From contig JAUCBJ010007799.1 in assembly GCA_032718475.1 (NCBI GenBank), positions 1-39,071 on the forward strand: a stretch of DNA of 39,071 bases, read 5' to 3'. How positions within the stretch are numbered: the stretch's first letter is position 1; each line of letters starts with the position of its first letter. This DNA is from Nemertoderma westbladi (Eukaryota; Animalia; Xenacoelomorpha). The notes under the pieces are model-generated. The model saw nothing but the letters and a program-made list of their open reading frames with translations, made no database searches and had not been told where the DNA came from. The position numbers and the translations under genes were made by a program. Positions 1 to 10,900 of this stretch are shown piece by piece.

Positions 1-68
1 GGTGCAATTTTGTTGACAAGCCGGCACAGCATTCTTAAAAATGCAGCTGCAATGCAGCATGCCGATCC

Positions 69-90
69 TAGTAGTAGTAGTAGTAGTAGT
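69..90. repeat. (TAG)n microsatellite
   Basis: About 7 tandem TAG units read directly. Confidence 0.85.
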
Positions 91-1250
91 GCGCGATCAT
101 TCACCCGCTGGATATTCCCGGGAGATTGGGTTCGACGGTTTAATTTTATTGCTATGTAAGCCTAATGTATTATTCGACTGACAGTATTATATAATTTCTG
201 ACAATATTATTCACCTTCGGGAATATTAACAGTTCCTTTAGGACGTGGCGCTTTATCTATATAAACAGAGTTATGACTTAAACTACTCACAACGATATGG
301 CTTAATTATAATTCACATATATGGCGCATTCTTTAGGAATTGCTTCTTTAACAGACTCACTCATACACAATGCTGCACAATACTGCACACTAATCTGCCA
401 ATCTTCACTGATTTTAGTCACATATAAAAGGAACACAGACTGACTCATGTAGGGTCTATCAAATAACATTAGATTCACTTCAAACCACTTTAACATAAGT
501 CACAATCGTTATTGGTAACCTTTCTCTCTTACCTTCGGTATATCAAGAATATTGGGTTTTCGGGGTTATTTCTCGTTATTCCAATATAATAATTCATCAA
601 CCAATATAATGAATAACCGACAACAAATAGCAGTACACAGTATCGATTGAGCAGGTAATTTTAGCAGTTTCAGCAGTTATTAAAAGCCGGGTGTCAGCAG
701 TCAGTGTATTCCCAGATCAGTGATTCCATGAGTTTGATCGGTATGTCAGTTAAAGGATATATGTCCTTATAATTAAACCTACTAGTGTTGAGCTAAAAAG
801 CAGAAAAGCACAAAACACTATAAAGCCGTTCTTTCGTGGCTTTGAAAAACTCGTGACTACTGCTCTATACGAGGATACCAACTACCCTTATTCCACGAAG
901 CTCCCGTTCAACACAGAGAAAGAGCAGTGAGATAGGAAAATTTCAGTTCAGTAGCTCTGTGATAGGTCAAAATCAAAGCTAACTCAAATTCTATTGGCAG
1001 ATACAGAAAGCTGCAACGTGGCAATATCAGCCGTTAGCCGTCGTCATGGTAGCGACACTGTTTTCAAGAGTATCGAGCTTTTTACGTCATGAAATTGCAG
1101 ATTATGTCCTCTAAAGTACAAATACAGTTCAAATACAGAAGAAATGACTTTTATGTCCTCTAAAACACCAGTACAGCAAGGACACGGCCTTTTTATGCCT
1201 GGCAAACCAACTACAGAGTACTTTAAGGGAAAATAACCGGTTAATGACGC

Positions 1251-2990
1251 AAAAGCTTTTACAAGAAGCGAACTGGAAAGCTATGGACTCATAGTGGACC
1301 CAGTGGTCACAAGTCCCAGATAGACCATATTCTGTTTCGTAGGAAATACAGGAGCTCTATACAAGACTGTAATGCATTTACACTTCGACCCTTCTCCAGT
1401 GATTACCGCCTTATTGTGGCCAAGGTAAGACTTAGTCTGCGTGCTAGTAGAACAACGAAATCTGCCTTGCCGCGGCATGACTGGTCCTCTCTGTTGCAAC
1501 AGCCAAGTGTGAGATCCAGCTTCACACTACAGCTGAGCAACAGGTATGAGGCTCTTGCCTCTGAGGCGGCAGATCACTGTGAGGGCTATACTGCCTTTAC
1601 AGAAGCAGTTAAGTTAGCAGCTGCAGAAACAGTTCCTGTATACCCTCGAAACAGGAAAAGGGCCCCTTGGACTGACAACAAAATTCAGAAGTGCCGAAAT
1701 GACCTTCATAAGGCGCAGAAAGAGTCCCGACTCAAACAGACTACAGCGGCCAATAATGCAGTTAAGGCTGCATCTAGGTCCCTGAACAGGCAGTACTCTG
1801 TTAATCTACAGGAGCTAATAAACCAACAGGTTGATGCCATCAATGATGCTGATGACAGCAGGCAATCATCCCAGGCATGGAAATCGATCAATTTGCTTAC
1901 TGGGCGGAAAAGCCAACCAACCACCAAGGTTAAGGCTGAATCACCAGCCGATCGCCTCAATGGTTGGAAAGCCCACTTTGAAAAGCTCCTCAATAATGAC
2001 AGGGTATTGCCTGATAACTTTATAGAAGTAAAAGTGTCTGAGTCTGTACCCCCAGATATTTCCATTGCCGATATCTCCTTTGCAGAAGTGAAGGCTGCTG
2101 CAAAGAGCATTAAGACCAATCGTGCCAGTGGAGTAGATGGTGTTCCCTCTGAGGTCTTTAAAATACCTGAGTGTTTAAAGCTTATCTATCCCATCATAGT
2201 AGACATGTACCGAACAACAAGAATCCCACAAGAAATGAAAACAAATAAGTTGGTGCCAGTTCCCAAGAAGGGCAACCTAACACTCTATGGTTCTTTTCGG
2301 GGAATCTCATTGATCTCGATTGCTGCAAAGCTATACAATAGAATTCTATTAAATCGCATCAGGAATCCCATTGAGAGACTGCTCTGTGGAAATCAGAATG
2401 GGTTCTGTAAAGGTCGTTGGACAATGGAGCCCATTTTGGCACTTAGAAGGATAATTGAAGAATTATCAAAAAAGAAAGACAGGCATCTGGCTGTTACCTT
2501 TGTTGACTTCTTCAAGGCCTTTGATTCAGTCTCTCGCTCACGTATGTTCAGCATACTTTCATTATATGGGATTCCTGATAAATTATTGCAGCAATCAGAT
2601 CAGTATACGATGGTTCGACAACATTTGTGTCTACTGTTGACGGTGACACTAAACCATTTGAAGTGTTATGGGGCGTCCTCCAAGGAGACACACTTGCACC
2701 ATTCTTGTTCATTATTGTGGTTGACTAAGTTCTACGCATGTCCTTAGATCATTATAATCATGATGGGGTGATGATAACTCCACCTACTGGCTCCAGAAGT
2801 CGAGGAAATCCTGCCAAGTACCTAACTGATCTAGACTTTGCTGATGACTTAGGAGTACTCTCAGAATCACTAGAGGGAGCCCAACGGCTCCTCAGCTCAT
2901 TAGAACATGTTGCTTCTAGTATTGGTCTTTTTATTAACTCCAGAAAGACCAAAATTTTGACAGTTAACTTTGAAAGTCCTCAGACATTAC
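1251..2990 (+). pseudogene. Decayed non-LTR retrotransposon (RTE/RTEX-like LINE) fragment: C-terminal APE endonuclease plus N-terminal reverse transcriptase, truncated at both ends
   Basis: The frame upstream of the 1416 ORF reads FYKKRTGKLWTH..KSQIDHIL..SSDYRLIV (APE C-terminus; catalytic SDH reads SDY). RT motifs follow: ASGVDGV, PVPKKG, FRGISL, NQNGF, FVDFFKAFDSV. After a frameshift near 2583 come GVLQGDTLAPFLF, an in-frame TAA at ~2726 and YLTDLDFADDL. Similarity stops near 2990 with no poly(A) tail. Confidence 0.9.
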
Positions 2991-3299
2991 TCAAACATTT
3001 AACTTAATGTAGAGTTCAAAAGAGACCAACATTGTGGAAAATATGAGATATGAACAATAAAGTTGTAAATATTAATGATCACAATAATAATCAATAATTA
3101 AATTTGTAGACAAATTAAATTTAAATAAAAACACTAAAAGCTAAAAGCAATGTGATTAGTTATGTGCCTTATTTCGTATTGGTGCAAGTCTCTCTGTTTC
3201 AACAGTTTTACCTATTATTTCAGGAATGCTGGCTAAGGAGAAATGCTACTGTCTGTAGGCCTATGGTCCCCCACACTATACTGGTCCCCTGACCCAACG

Positions 3300-3322
3300 C
3301 CCCCCCCCCCCCCCCCCCCCCC
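3300..3322. repeat. Poly(C) homopolymer (~23 nt)
   Basis: Read directly. Confidence 0.9.
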
Positions 3323-3692
3323 TTTGTTTGATGGAAAGATTCCAAATAATAAGAAAATCTGAATGTCGTTGCGAAATAGTTTTATGTGGAATAATGAATG
3401 TTGCTGAGATGAATATGGGCGTTCTAATTGGTTTAATTGTAGTGGCATAATGTGATTAGTAGAACAGAATCTGGTGATGGATTATCATTATCGATTTTAT
3501 GTTACAGTTTCCCGTTATTATTTTTTTATTAATATACCATAATATATATTGTATTTATGGAATATCATATATTTATTAATAAAAAAATAAGTAGTTGTGC
3601 GCTAAACCGCGCGGTTTACCGCAGCCCATTTAAACAATGTTAAAACAATTAATGTAATTTCCTGTTGAATTCACAGTCGACAGATAATCAGT

Positions 3693-3810
3693 TACCGCAA
3701 CGGTACCGTTGGGTGTGTGAACGGGCTCCGGGTAGTGTAACGCTGGCTTACCGCTTCAATACCGACAGATTACTTTACCGCTCACGCACCGTTGGATGTG
3801 AACGGGGCTA
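3693..3810. repeat. Imperfect direct repeat pair (ACCGTTGG..TGTGAACGGG), possible MITE terminal remnants
   Basis: taccgcaacggtaccgttgggtgtgtgaacgggct (3693-3727) vs taccgctcacgcaccgttggatgtgaacggggcta (3776-3810). The reverse complement GCCCCGTTCACA resembles DNA-transposon TIRs, but no opposing TIR was seen. Confidence 0.35.
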
Positions 3811-4154
3811 GGATGATCCACCTCTATAGCAAATGGAGCGGAAAAAAATGCGAATTCGCCACCGTATTAAATTACTTAATAATTTATACAATCTCATGGA
3901 TGTTAAAAACATATAAACAATAAGATTCGTTTGCAGTACAGGTCATAACTGCTACTGTATTAGGATACAGATTAAATTCATCCGTTACAGCGGACTGTAT
4001 TCATGTTTAAATTACTTAATTATTTTTATTTTATTTTTAATTATATCGATATTAGTAGTTGAACCGGCCTACAGTAAGTAAGACCAAAGCGAAATTCCTA
4101 TATTATAGTCTAGTGAGGAAGTTCAATCTTTACATCCCTTGATTGTAGCCTCAT

Positions 4155-5393
4155 ATGAATATGAATTATCAAAACACGTTTGCAACAAAGTTTCACATTC
4201 AATGGTTATTGTATTTTAGTTGTATTTTCATCTTCGTTTCTGATGCTAATGATCGCAATCCGATAGTTATTGGAAACACAACCGAATCAAATGTGTACCA
4301 CGAATATTATCGAGAAATTACACAATCTGATTATGATGAGATGAGAAAGGGATATGAGATTTATCGCAATGTTTCGAAAATTGTTTCGGGCTATATTCTC
4401 ACGCCCTATATATCAACATATAATATATTTGGTCTGATTGGAAATATATTAATAATTGTAACAATTGCGATCGAGAAATCATTCAATACTCTATTTTATA
4501 GAATGTTGGTGTTAAAGTCAGTTTTCGATATTCTGATCTCATTTGGTCATCTACTATTACAAGGTCAGAATTCCAAGTGGTTCTATTTTGAAATTGAATC
4601 ACTAACAGTAAACAACTATACAATTTGGCAGTTTCATTGTTATAACGTTGTTTATTGGTTATGCCAGTGTTATTGGCCGATATTTGCGTGGTGTGTACAA
4701 TATGGAGATTCAACACTCACATTAATAATGGGTGCAGAACGTATTGCAGCCCTTTATTTCCCGGTATGGTATAAGGATACAAAATTAAAGAATAACAACA
4801 TGATATATGGGATTATTGTAGTTATTTTTGTATACACAGCATTTCTGTACTGGCCTTACGTAGTTAGGTTTAAGGGAGAAATTCGACACGTAAATGGCGA
4901 AAAACAATATTGGGCTTTACTTATGTATTGGCGTTCACATAATATCCACTTCAGTAGGGCGTACTTGTTTCTTGAGTATTTCCTCCCTATAAGAAACGCC
5001 ATTCAAATTGTAGGAGTGATTGCTATCAACAGTCTTATTATTTATAAGTTTAGAAAGCGAATGAAGGCTAACCCAAACTCACCAACAAATAAAAAAATGT
5101 CCGCAGCTGTAAAGATGATGCTAATTACTGGAGTATTAATGTGCACAAAAGATTGCGCCCGGGGTATATATAAAATTATAAGAGCACACTTAGACAATGT
5201 ATCAGGAAATACAAATGCTTTATCTACATTAGATGAAGTTTCTGTTTATGAAAAAATGTTAACAATCAATAATATTGCAGCACAGGTAGGTAGTCTCTCT
5301 ATTGTTGTCTTCAGCCTAAATTTTTACCTCATGTATATATTTGTTGGAAGTTTCCGCAGGGCTACTAATGTCCACATATTTAAAATAAAATAA
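4155..5393 (+). CDS. Intronless rhodopsin-family (class A) 7TM GPCR, peptide-receptor/FMRFamide-receptor-like or chemoreceptor-like orphan
   Basis: 412-aa open frame with seven hydrophobic segments: TM1 GLIGNILII, TM2 LKSVFDIL, TM3 end AERIAALYFP (DRY variant), TM7 SLNFYLMY (NPxxY variant), helix-8-like FRRA. N-terminal N-glycosylation sequons NTT and NVS. Confidence 0.85.
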   Translation: MNMNYQNTFATKFHIQWLLYFSCIFIFVSDANDRNPIVIGNTTESNVYHEYYREITQSDYDEMRKGYEIYRNVSKIVSGYILTPYISTYNIFGLIGNILIIVTIAIEKSFNTLFYRMLVLKSVFDILISFGHLLLQGQNSKWFYFEIESLTVNNYTIWQFHCYNVVYWLCQCYWPIFAWCVQYGDSTLTLIMGAERIAALYFPVWYKDTKLKNNNMIYGIIVVIFVYTAFLYWPYVVRFKGEIRHVNGEKQYWALLMYWRSHNIHFSRAYLFLEYFLPIRNAIQIVGVIAINSLIIYKFRKRMKANPNSPTNKKMSAAVKMMLITGVLMCTKDCARGIYKIIRAHLDNVSGNTNALSTLDEVSVYEKMLTINNIAAQVGSLSIVVFSLNFYLMYIFVGSFRRATNVHIFKIK

Positions 5394-5947
5394 TATATAG
5401 ATAACCTATTTTACTATTATTATGTTAAATTTCCTCCTGATACTATTTCACTATTTTCCAAGATTTCTCCTTTGGTAAACTTTTTGTGTTTTCCTAGTTT
5501 ATAGCCTACTAAATGTTCCACTGAATTAATTGGCTAAATGTTAATTGTGTTACCGGTATCATTTATGGCAATAAATATTTCCTTTAAAAGTAAAAACCTT
5601 ATTTCTCATTTATTCTCATTATACTTATTTCTCTCGATTTGAGGTAATTTGAGGATATTGACATTTACATAATTCCTACTCATCGTAGTATATTAATTAA
5701 TAAAAACAAATATAAAATAATTTATTTCATTATTAGAATGGATATCAAATAAACTAGGCCTACTACTTATTGTATTATTATTAATTAAAATAACAAATTG
5801 TATTGTTGTTATAAATTAAGTAATTATTTATTAGGTTGGAATAGAAACCATGACTGGTGTTTTAACTTCAACTCGCTGTTTATTAACCGGGATGGGACTC
5901 CCAACACGGAATCCCCAATTAATTGTTCCAGACTGACCAGTAGTGGC

Positions 5948-6977
5948 TGTATTGTCCATCCTCTCTCCAATAAGCTTTTCGCGAACTAATATGCATTCCA
6001 TTTATATTTACTGGTGATATCTACTTAGCAACGAAATCTTAGGCCCATAATATTACTGTGCGATTATATTTGCTCTGATTAGAGGTAGCCATAGCTTTGG
6101 TTCCGGCGCTTAACAAACTCGATAATTAATAGCCGAGCCAATAGCAGGGGTTTATACTTAGTTTAATGTTACACTTCATACAACAGGTTGACCTCTGTAC
6201 AGAGTAGCTCCCATAAGTATAGTACACTCTATTCCTCAGGTGTCATTAATTCACGTTGTCAGTATGTAGGTAGATAGCTTGTCGGTTTGTGCTGTCATCT
6301 ATTTAGCAGTGCAGTACGGTACTTTGGCCATCTAAGGCCTACAGTCATAGCGGTCACTTAATTTGGTTACCGCACATCCTCACGCACGCGCTCATGCACG
6401 CGCTCACGCACGCACGAATCATATTCAAATGCAGTTCTGTTGTTCAATGGTGCTATTATCTCATTGTCAGCGTGAGCAGTTTGGAGAATCTAATTAATTA
6501 CAAACTTTGGAAGCCGTGTCTATCTGGTCTGTTGTGCTGGGTTTTCATTGTGCTGTGCAGATTATTAAATGCCGGTAAGTCACCTTTCTGTTATTTCAAT
6601 ATTGTTACGTTTGTAAATCAGTAAATGTAAATGTGGGACATTAGTTTCTAGGCTTATTCTGCTTATAAGATATTATAGATACATTTTTATACAATGGACC
6701 ACTCTGCAATTTTCACATCCTTATCCCCATAGCTAGATCCCTAACAGCCTGCTGTAAGAGTTTAAACCAAACACATCCCCAGCCTCACAATTCGTGCGCG
6801 TGAACCAGTGACCCTGCGTTGACTTTAGGCTGCTGCACTGCACATCGGGCAGTCGGGCTGGAGATCCAAGCCAACCAGTGGGCCGCTACTCGCCTGGTGT
6901 ACTATCTACGGGGAGATATATTCGCCAGGTCCTCACAGTTTTACCCATATGACCCATAGCGGTCACTAACCCCGACA
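5948..6977 (+). repeat. 5' LTR (1030 bp)
   Basis: TGTATTGTCC...CCCCGACA. Aligns to 18267-19282 at offset 12319, with about 4 substitutions seen by eye and one 14-nt indel near 6896-6909. Confidence 0.97.
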
Positions 6978-6990
6978 GTAACCAAATTAA
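6978..6990 (+). promoter_or_regulatory. Putative self-priming primer-binding site (non-tRNA)
   Basis: GTAACCAAATTAA directly after the LTR-terminal CA is the exact reverse complement of LTR nt 6358-6370 (TTAATTTGGTTAC). No TGG-initiated tRNA PBS lies at this position. Confidence 0.65.
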
Positions 6991-7125
6991 ATTTCTACCG
7001 TATTTTTTTTTAATCCCAATCGCAGAGGAGCAGAGGAGCATGTTCCGTAGTTATAGGCATTAAAACGAGATTGTGTGTGGAAGTGTAACTGGGTACAATA
7101 ACTGTTTTTTTTACGCACAGGCTGG

Positions 7126-7530
7126 TACCGGTGTTAACAATACTTGAGTACTGTGTAGGCTATAACTGACTTTCTACACATATGCCGGTGTTAAACGGTA
7201 CTGTGTATAACTGTACTCCCACACAAATACCGGTGTTAAACGGTACTGTGTATAACTGCACATCCACATACATATACCGGTGTTAATCTTAAACGGTACT
7301 GTGAAGTGTGTATTACTGTATTGTAAACGGTTTGCGTATTACTGTACTGTAAACGGTTTGTGTATTACTGTATTGTAAACGGTTTGTGTATTACTGCATT
7401 GTAAACGGTTTGTGGATTACTGTATTGTAAACGGTTTGTGTACTACTGTATTGTAAACGGTTTGTGTATTACTGTATTGTAAACGGTTTGTGTATTAGGC
7501 CTACTGAATTGTAAACGGTCGTGCGTATGT
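7126..7530 (+). repeat. Tandem repeats in the BEL 5' UTR: ~4 x ~45-bp units, then ~8 x 26-bp units
   Basis: Units TACCGGTGTTAAACGGTACTGTGTATAACTG.. (7126-7305) and TGTATTACTGTATTGTAAACGGTTTG (7309-7525). Confidence 0.9.
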
Positions 7531-7997
7531 AACTGTCCGTCTATACAGCAATACTAGGGGTAACAGGCAGACAGGTATTGCGTAATAATAACTACCTTTC
7601 TAATCATAGCTACCGGTGTAAAGTGTGGGTTTGTGTGTAACTGTCTCTCCATTTGGTGTAGGGCTATAACCTATCTCTCCACCCATTTTTTTCTAACAGT
7701 ACCGGTACTCGATACTTTCAAATCTTCACCAAACTGTGTCTCATCATTTCAACTTCCTGTTGTTAATTGTTGTAATAACTGTTTATCTTTTAATCAGTCT
7801 TATCACGCTTGCAAACTGGTATGCACGTGTGTGCTAACTGGTAACGCACTAAACTTAATAACTTTCTGTTTAATTAACTTTCCAACTAACTGCACTAATA
7901 GACTGTTTTAACTAGCAACGGATTAGTTTGCTAATTTATACTACTTATAACTTAACGTATATAATATACCTTAGATATCATAAAATATTACCGAACT

Positions 7998-10900
7998 ATG
8001 GATGTAAATGAAAGTATTGAACCTAGCGATAGTGTACACGCTAGCGGGGGTACATCTGGAGCAGTGCCCATCCTAGCAGTGGACCCGAACAGCCCTGTTG
8101 CCACGGTAACACCCAGCACCAGTGGGGGCGCATCTGCTGCTGAGTCTATAATAGTAACGAACAGTTCTGTTACCACGGTAACCCCCAGGTTGGCAGCCCC
8201 AATCGATCGAGTATGCATACCAAGACATCCACGACCCACATCTGCCTTGCGTCAGAGTCACACAGGTAGAAATGATAATGGCAGGGAACGAAACTACTCG
8301 TCCCGTAGTATACTCGACAGAGCAGCACTGGTGGAAAAATATCGCGCCAGTAAGAAGTCCATGGGGGCTTATAAAGGGCAGCTTACCCGATGCTATAATT
8401 CATGCGGTAAGCTACCTGGGATCGGACTAGCAGAGATTCAAGATCTTGAATCCACCCTAGCTGATGCCTATGATAGATGTCTATCAGCCAGGCACACCAT
8501 GTTCTCCATCCTATATCGTCTTGGTGACGACGCAGAACTGGATGCATTCAAGAGAGAGAGTGTAGATATAGAAAAGCGAAATGAGCAGTGTAAATCCGAC
8601 TTGAGTACTTTGTTTAGGGAAAGAAATGCCCTATACAGAGTACCGATGGACTACACAGCTATGACGCTACAACCCGAGTCAAATGAGCCTATCGGAAGCC
8701 CCTTGCATGGGGAAACCTTCGAATTAAGTCCAACGGTAGATGAACTTCATACACCGATATGCGTAAGCACCACGAGCCCGAATATTAATGCTATTTGTAT
8801 TTCCACAGGTACACAAGCAATACAAGGACAGGTGTCTCGTCAACTATGTTCAACGATGCTGCAAACGAACACAATTGGTACACATAACTCAAAATCCACA
8901 ACTACAGTGTTGTCAAAGGGACCATATTCACTCCCAGGTGAGTCAGGTTATCACCCATCAGCCTTATGGCAACATGTACCGATAGCGGCTGGTCTTGAGC
9001 AGAACCTGGTTGGTCCTGAGGACTCAACTAGTCAAAGAAATTCAAAATACTCAAAAAGAAGTTCAAAACATAGTAAGCGCAGGCCAAGTCCTGTGGAGGA
9101 ACTAGGTAGTGAAGCTAACTCTGAAACAAGCCTGTCTGCAGTTTGGAAAAGTGAGAGACAGGCTGAGTTAGAACGTGTGCGTGCCTTTCAAATTAAATCT
9201 AGCTATGTATTTAAAGTACAGGCCGCTACTGAAGTGGCTGACAGACAGGCAAAATGTGCTGAGATGCAGGCAAAAATACAAAATCAAGAGGCTTCAGATA
9301 GAGCGGAACTAGCACAGCTAAAAGTAAAATTACTAAAACGAGATAGAGCTCGTAAACTAGGAGTTGAGTCACTTGGGGGCCAATCAGAGTCTGCCAATGG
9401 CGGTCTGCCTCTCAGTGCACCCAGCTTAGGTTTACCTAGAAATGCCGACGATGGTAATAATGTACCTATTACTGGTCCTACAAATGAGAACCCCATACAC
9501 GTAAGTAAAGCATCAATCAATGTTACCTGTAGTGCGAACCCAGATACGGCAGTGCCCATTCCAAATGTAAGTACCGCAGAAGTTAGGGAAACCGAGACTG
9601 GTAACGGAAAGGGGAGGGAGTATAGTGTTCAGGGGATGTCGGGTAGTTTGAGAAACAGCGTGCAGAAGGTAATTGAAAATACGGGTGCACTAAAATCAAT
9701 GCTACATCCAACACAACATTACACTTTGACAGATAGGAGGGAGTGGGGAAGTGAGCATGAAATTGAGCACAAAACGGATCTGGAATCGGGGCAAGCCGAG
9801 ACCGATAGTAGGCAAGCAACACTTGGGAACAACTGGCGGGGTGCGCTGGGTGACGGGCTGACAATGACCAAACCTACGGTGGGTGACCTGACTAACCTGG
9901 GGTCCAGTAAAGTTTCCAACACCAAGGAACTGGTGTCAGAAACTATCAAAACAAGTACTTTGGCTCAACACAATGCACGTAGTGTGCGGGCCAATGCCCA
10001 GACCCACCCACCTGATAAATCAGAATATGTCTCACGAAAAGAACTAGAAACAACCATTGCTCATATGCTGAATTCTATAGAATTAAACAGCAAGGGCCAG
10101 ACACATGCATACCAGGGAACGGCACCTGATACCATGCATTCAGTTCTACAAAGGAAGCAGTTGTGTTCAAATGAGCAGAAACAACTGCCAAAACTGTCGC
10201 CCATTTTAGAAGCTGGAGAAAGCATTACAAGCTACGAGCAGTGTGTATTTTGCGACAGCCATGGTCCAGTATCTACAGTTTATTATACTGAAGAAGGGAC
10301 AGCCTTCCATCGATACTATGATGGAAATAAGGTTACAGCCCTAACGCACCCAACATCGGCATTACCGGCCCAAAACTCACCCGGAAATATGCACCGGCAT
10401 GCATTTGGCAATCAAAAGGGCACCACTACAGTGATAGAAATTCAAGCCGCTCAAAAATCTGGCCCGTCACACGAAAATAGCGGCCAGGCAACCAGAATAA
10501 CAACCGGGCCAACTATAAATGGTCAGTCCCATATTGAAACAAGCAGACAGAAACAGCCGACAACGTCGATGGGTGCACCAGTAAATGAACTAGATGGTCT
10601 CTCCGCTATATTCAATCCAGAAGGAGTGCAATCAAACTACCTAAGTAGCAATGGCCAAGGGCAATATGGCAGGAAAGGGCCTAGTAATCCGGTTGCGGTA
10701 AATAGAATCGGCGACGAAGGATCAAGCAGAAGTCGACATCATCTAAATAGCGCAGTGGATAATGAAGTCGACGATAGGCAGGAATTTAATGCGAGCAGAA
10801 GGGCAAATGACTCAGCAACCGAAATCTTTAATCGACTACTAAGGTCCTGCGACGCACCACCACACGACTACTTGCAGCCAGTAAATCCGGATGCCATATC

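Noticed and set aside
1-1250. Short ORFs (245-427, 302-496) and TATGTCCTCTAAA repeats
   Set aside because: No protein motifs and AT-rich; cannot be assigned from sequence alone.
6394-6624. Duplicated 76-80-aa ORF (also 18701-18943)
   Set aside because: It is duplicated only because it lies in the LTRs, and it has no recognisable domain.
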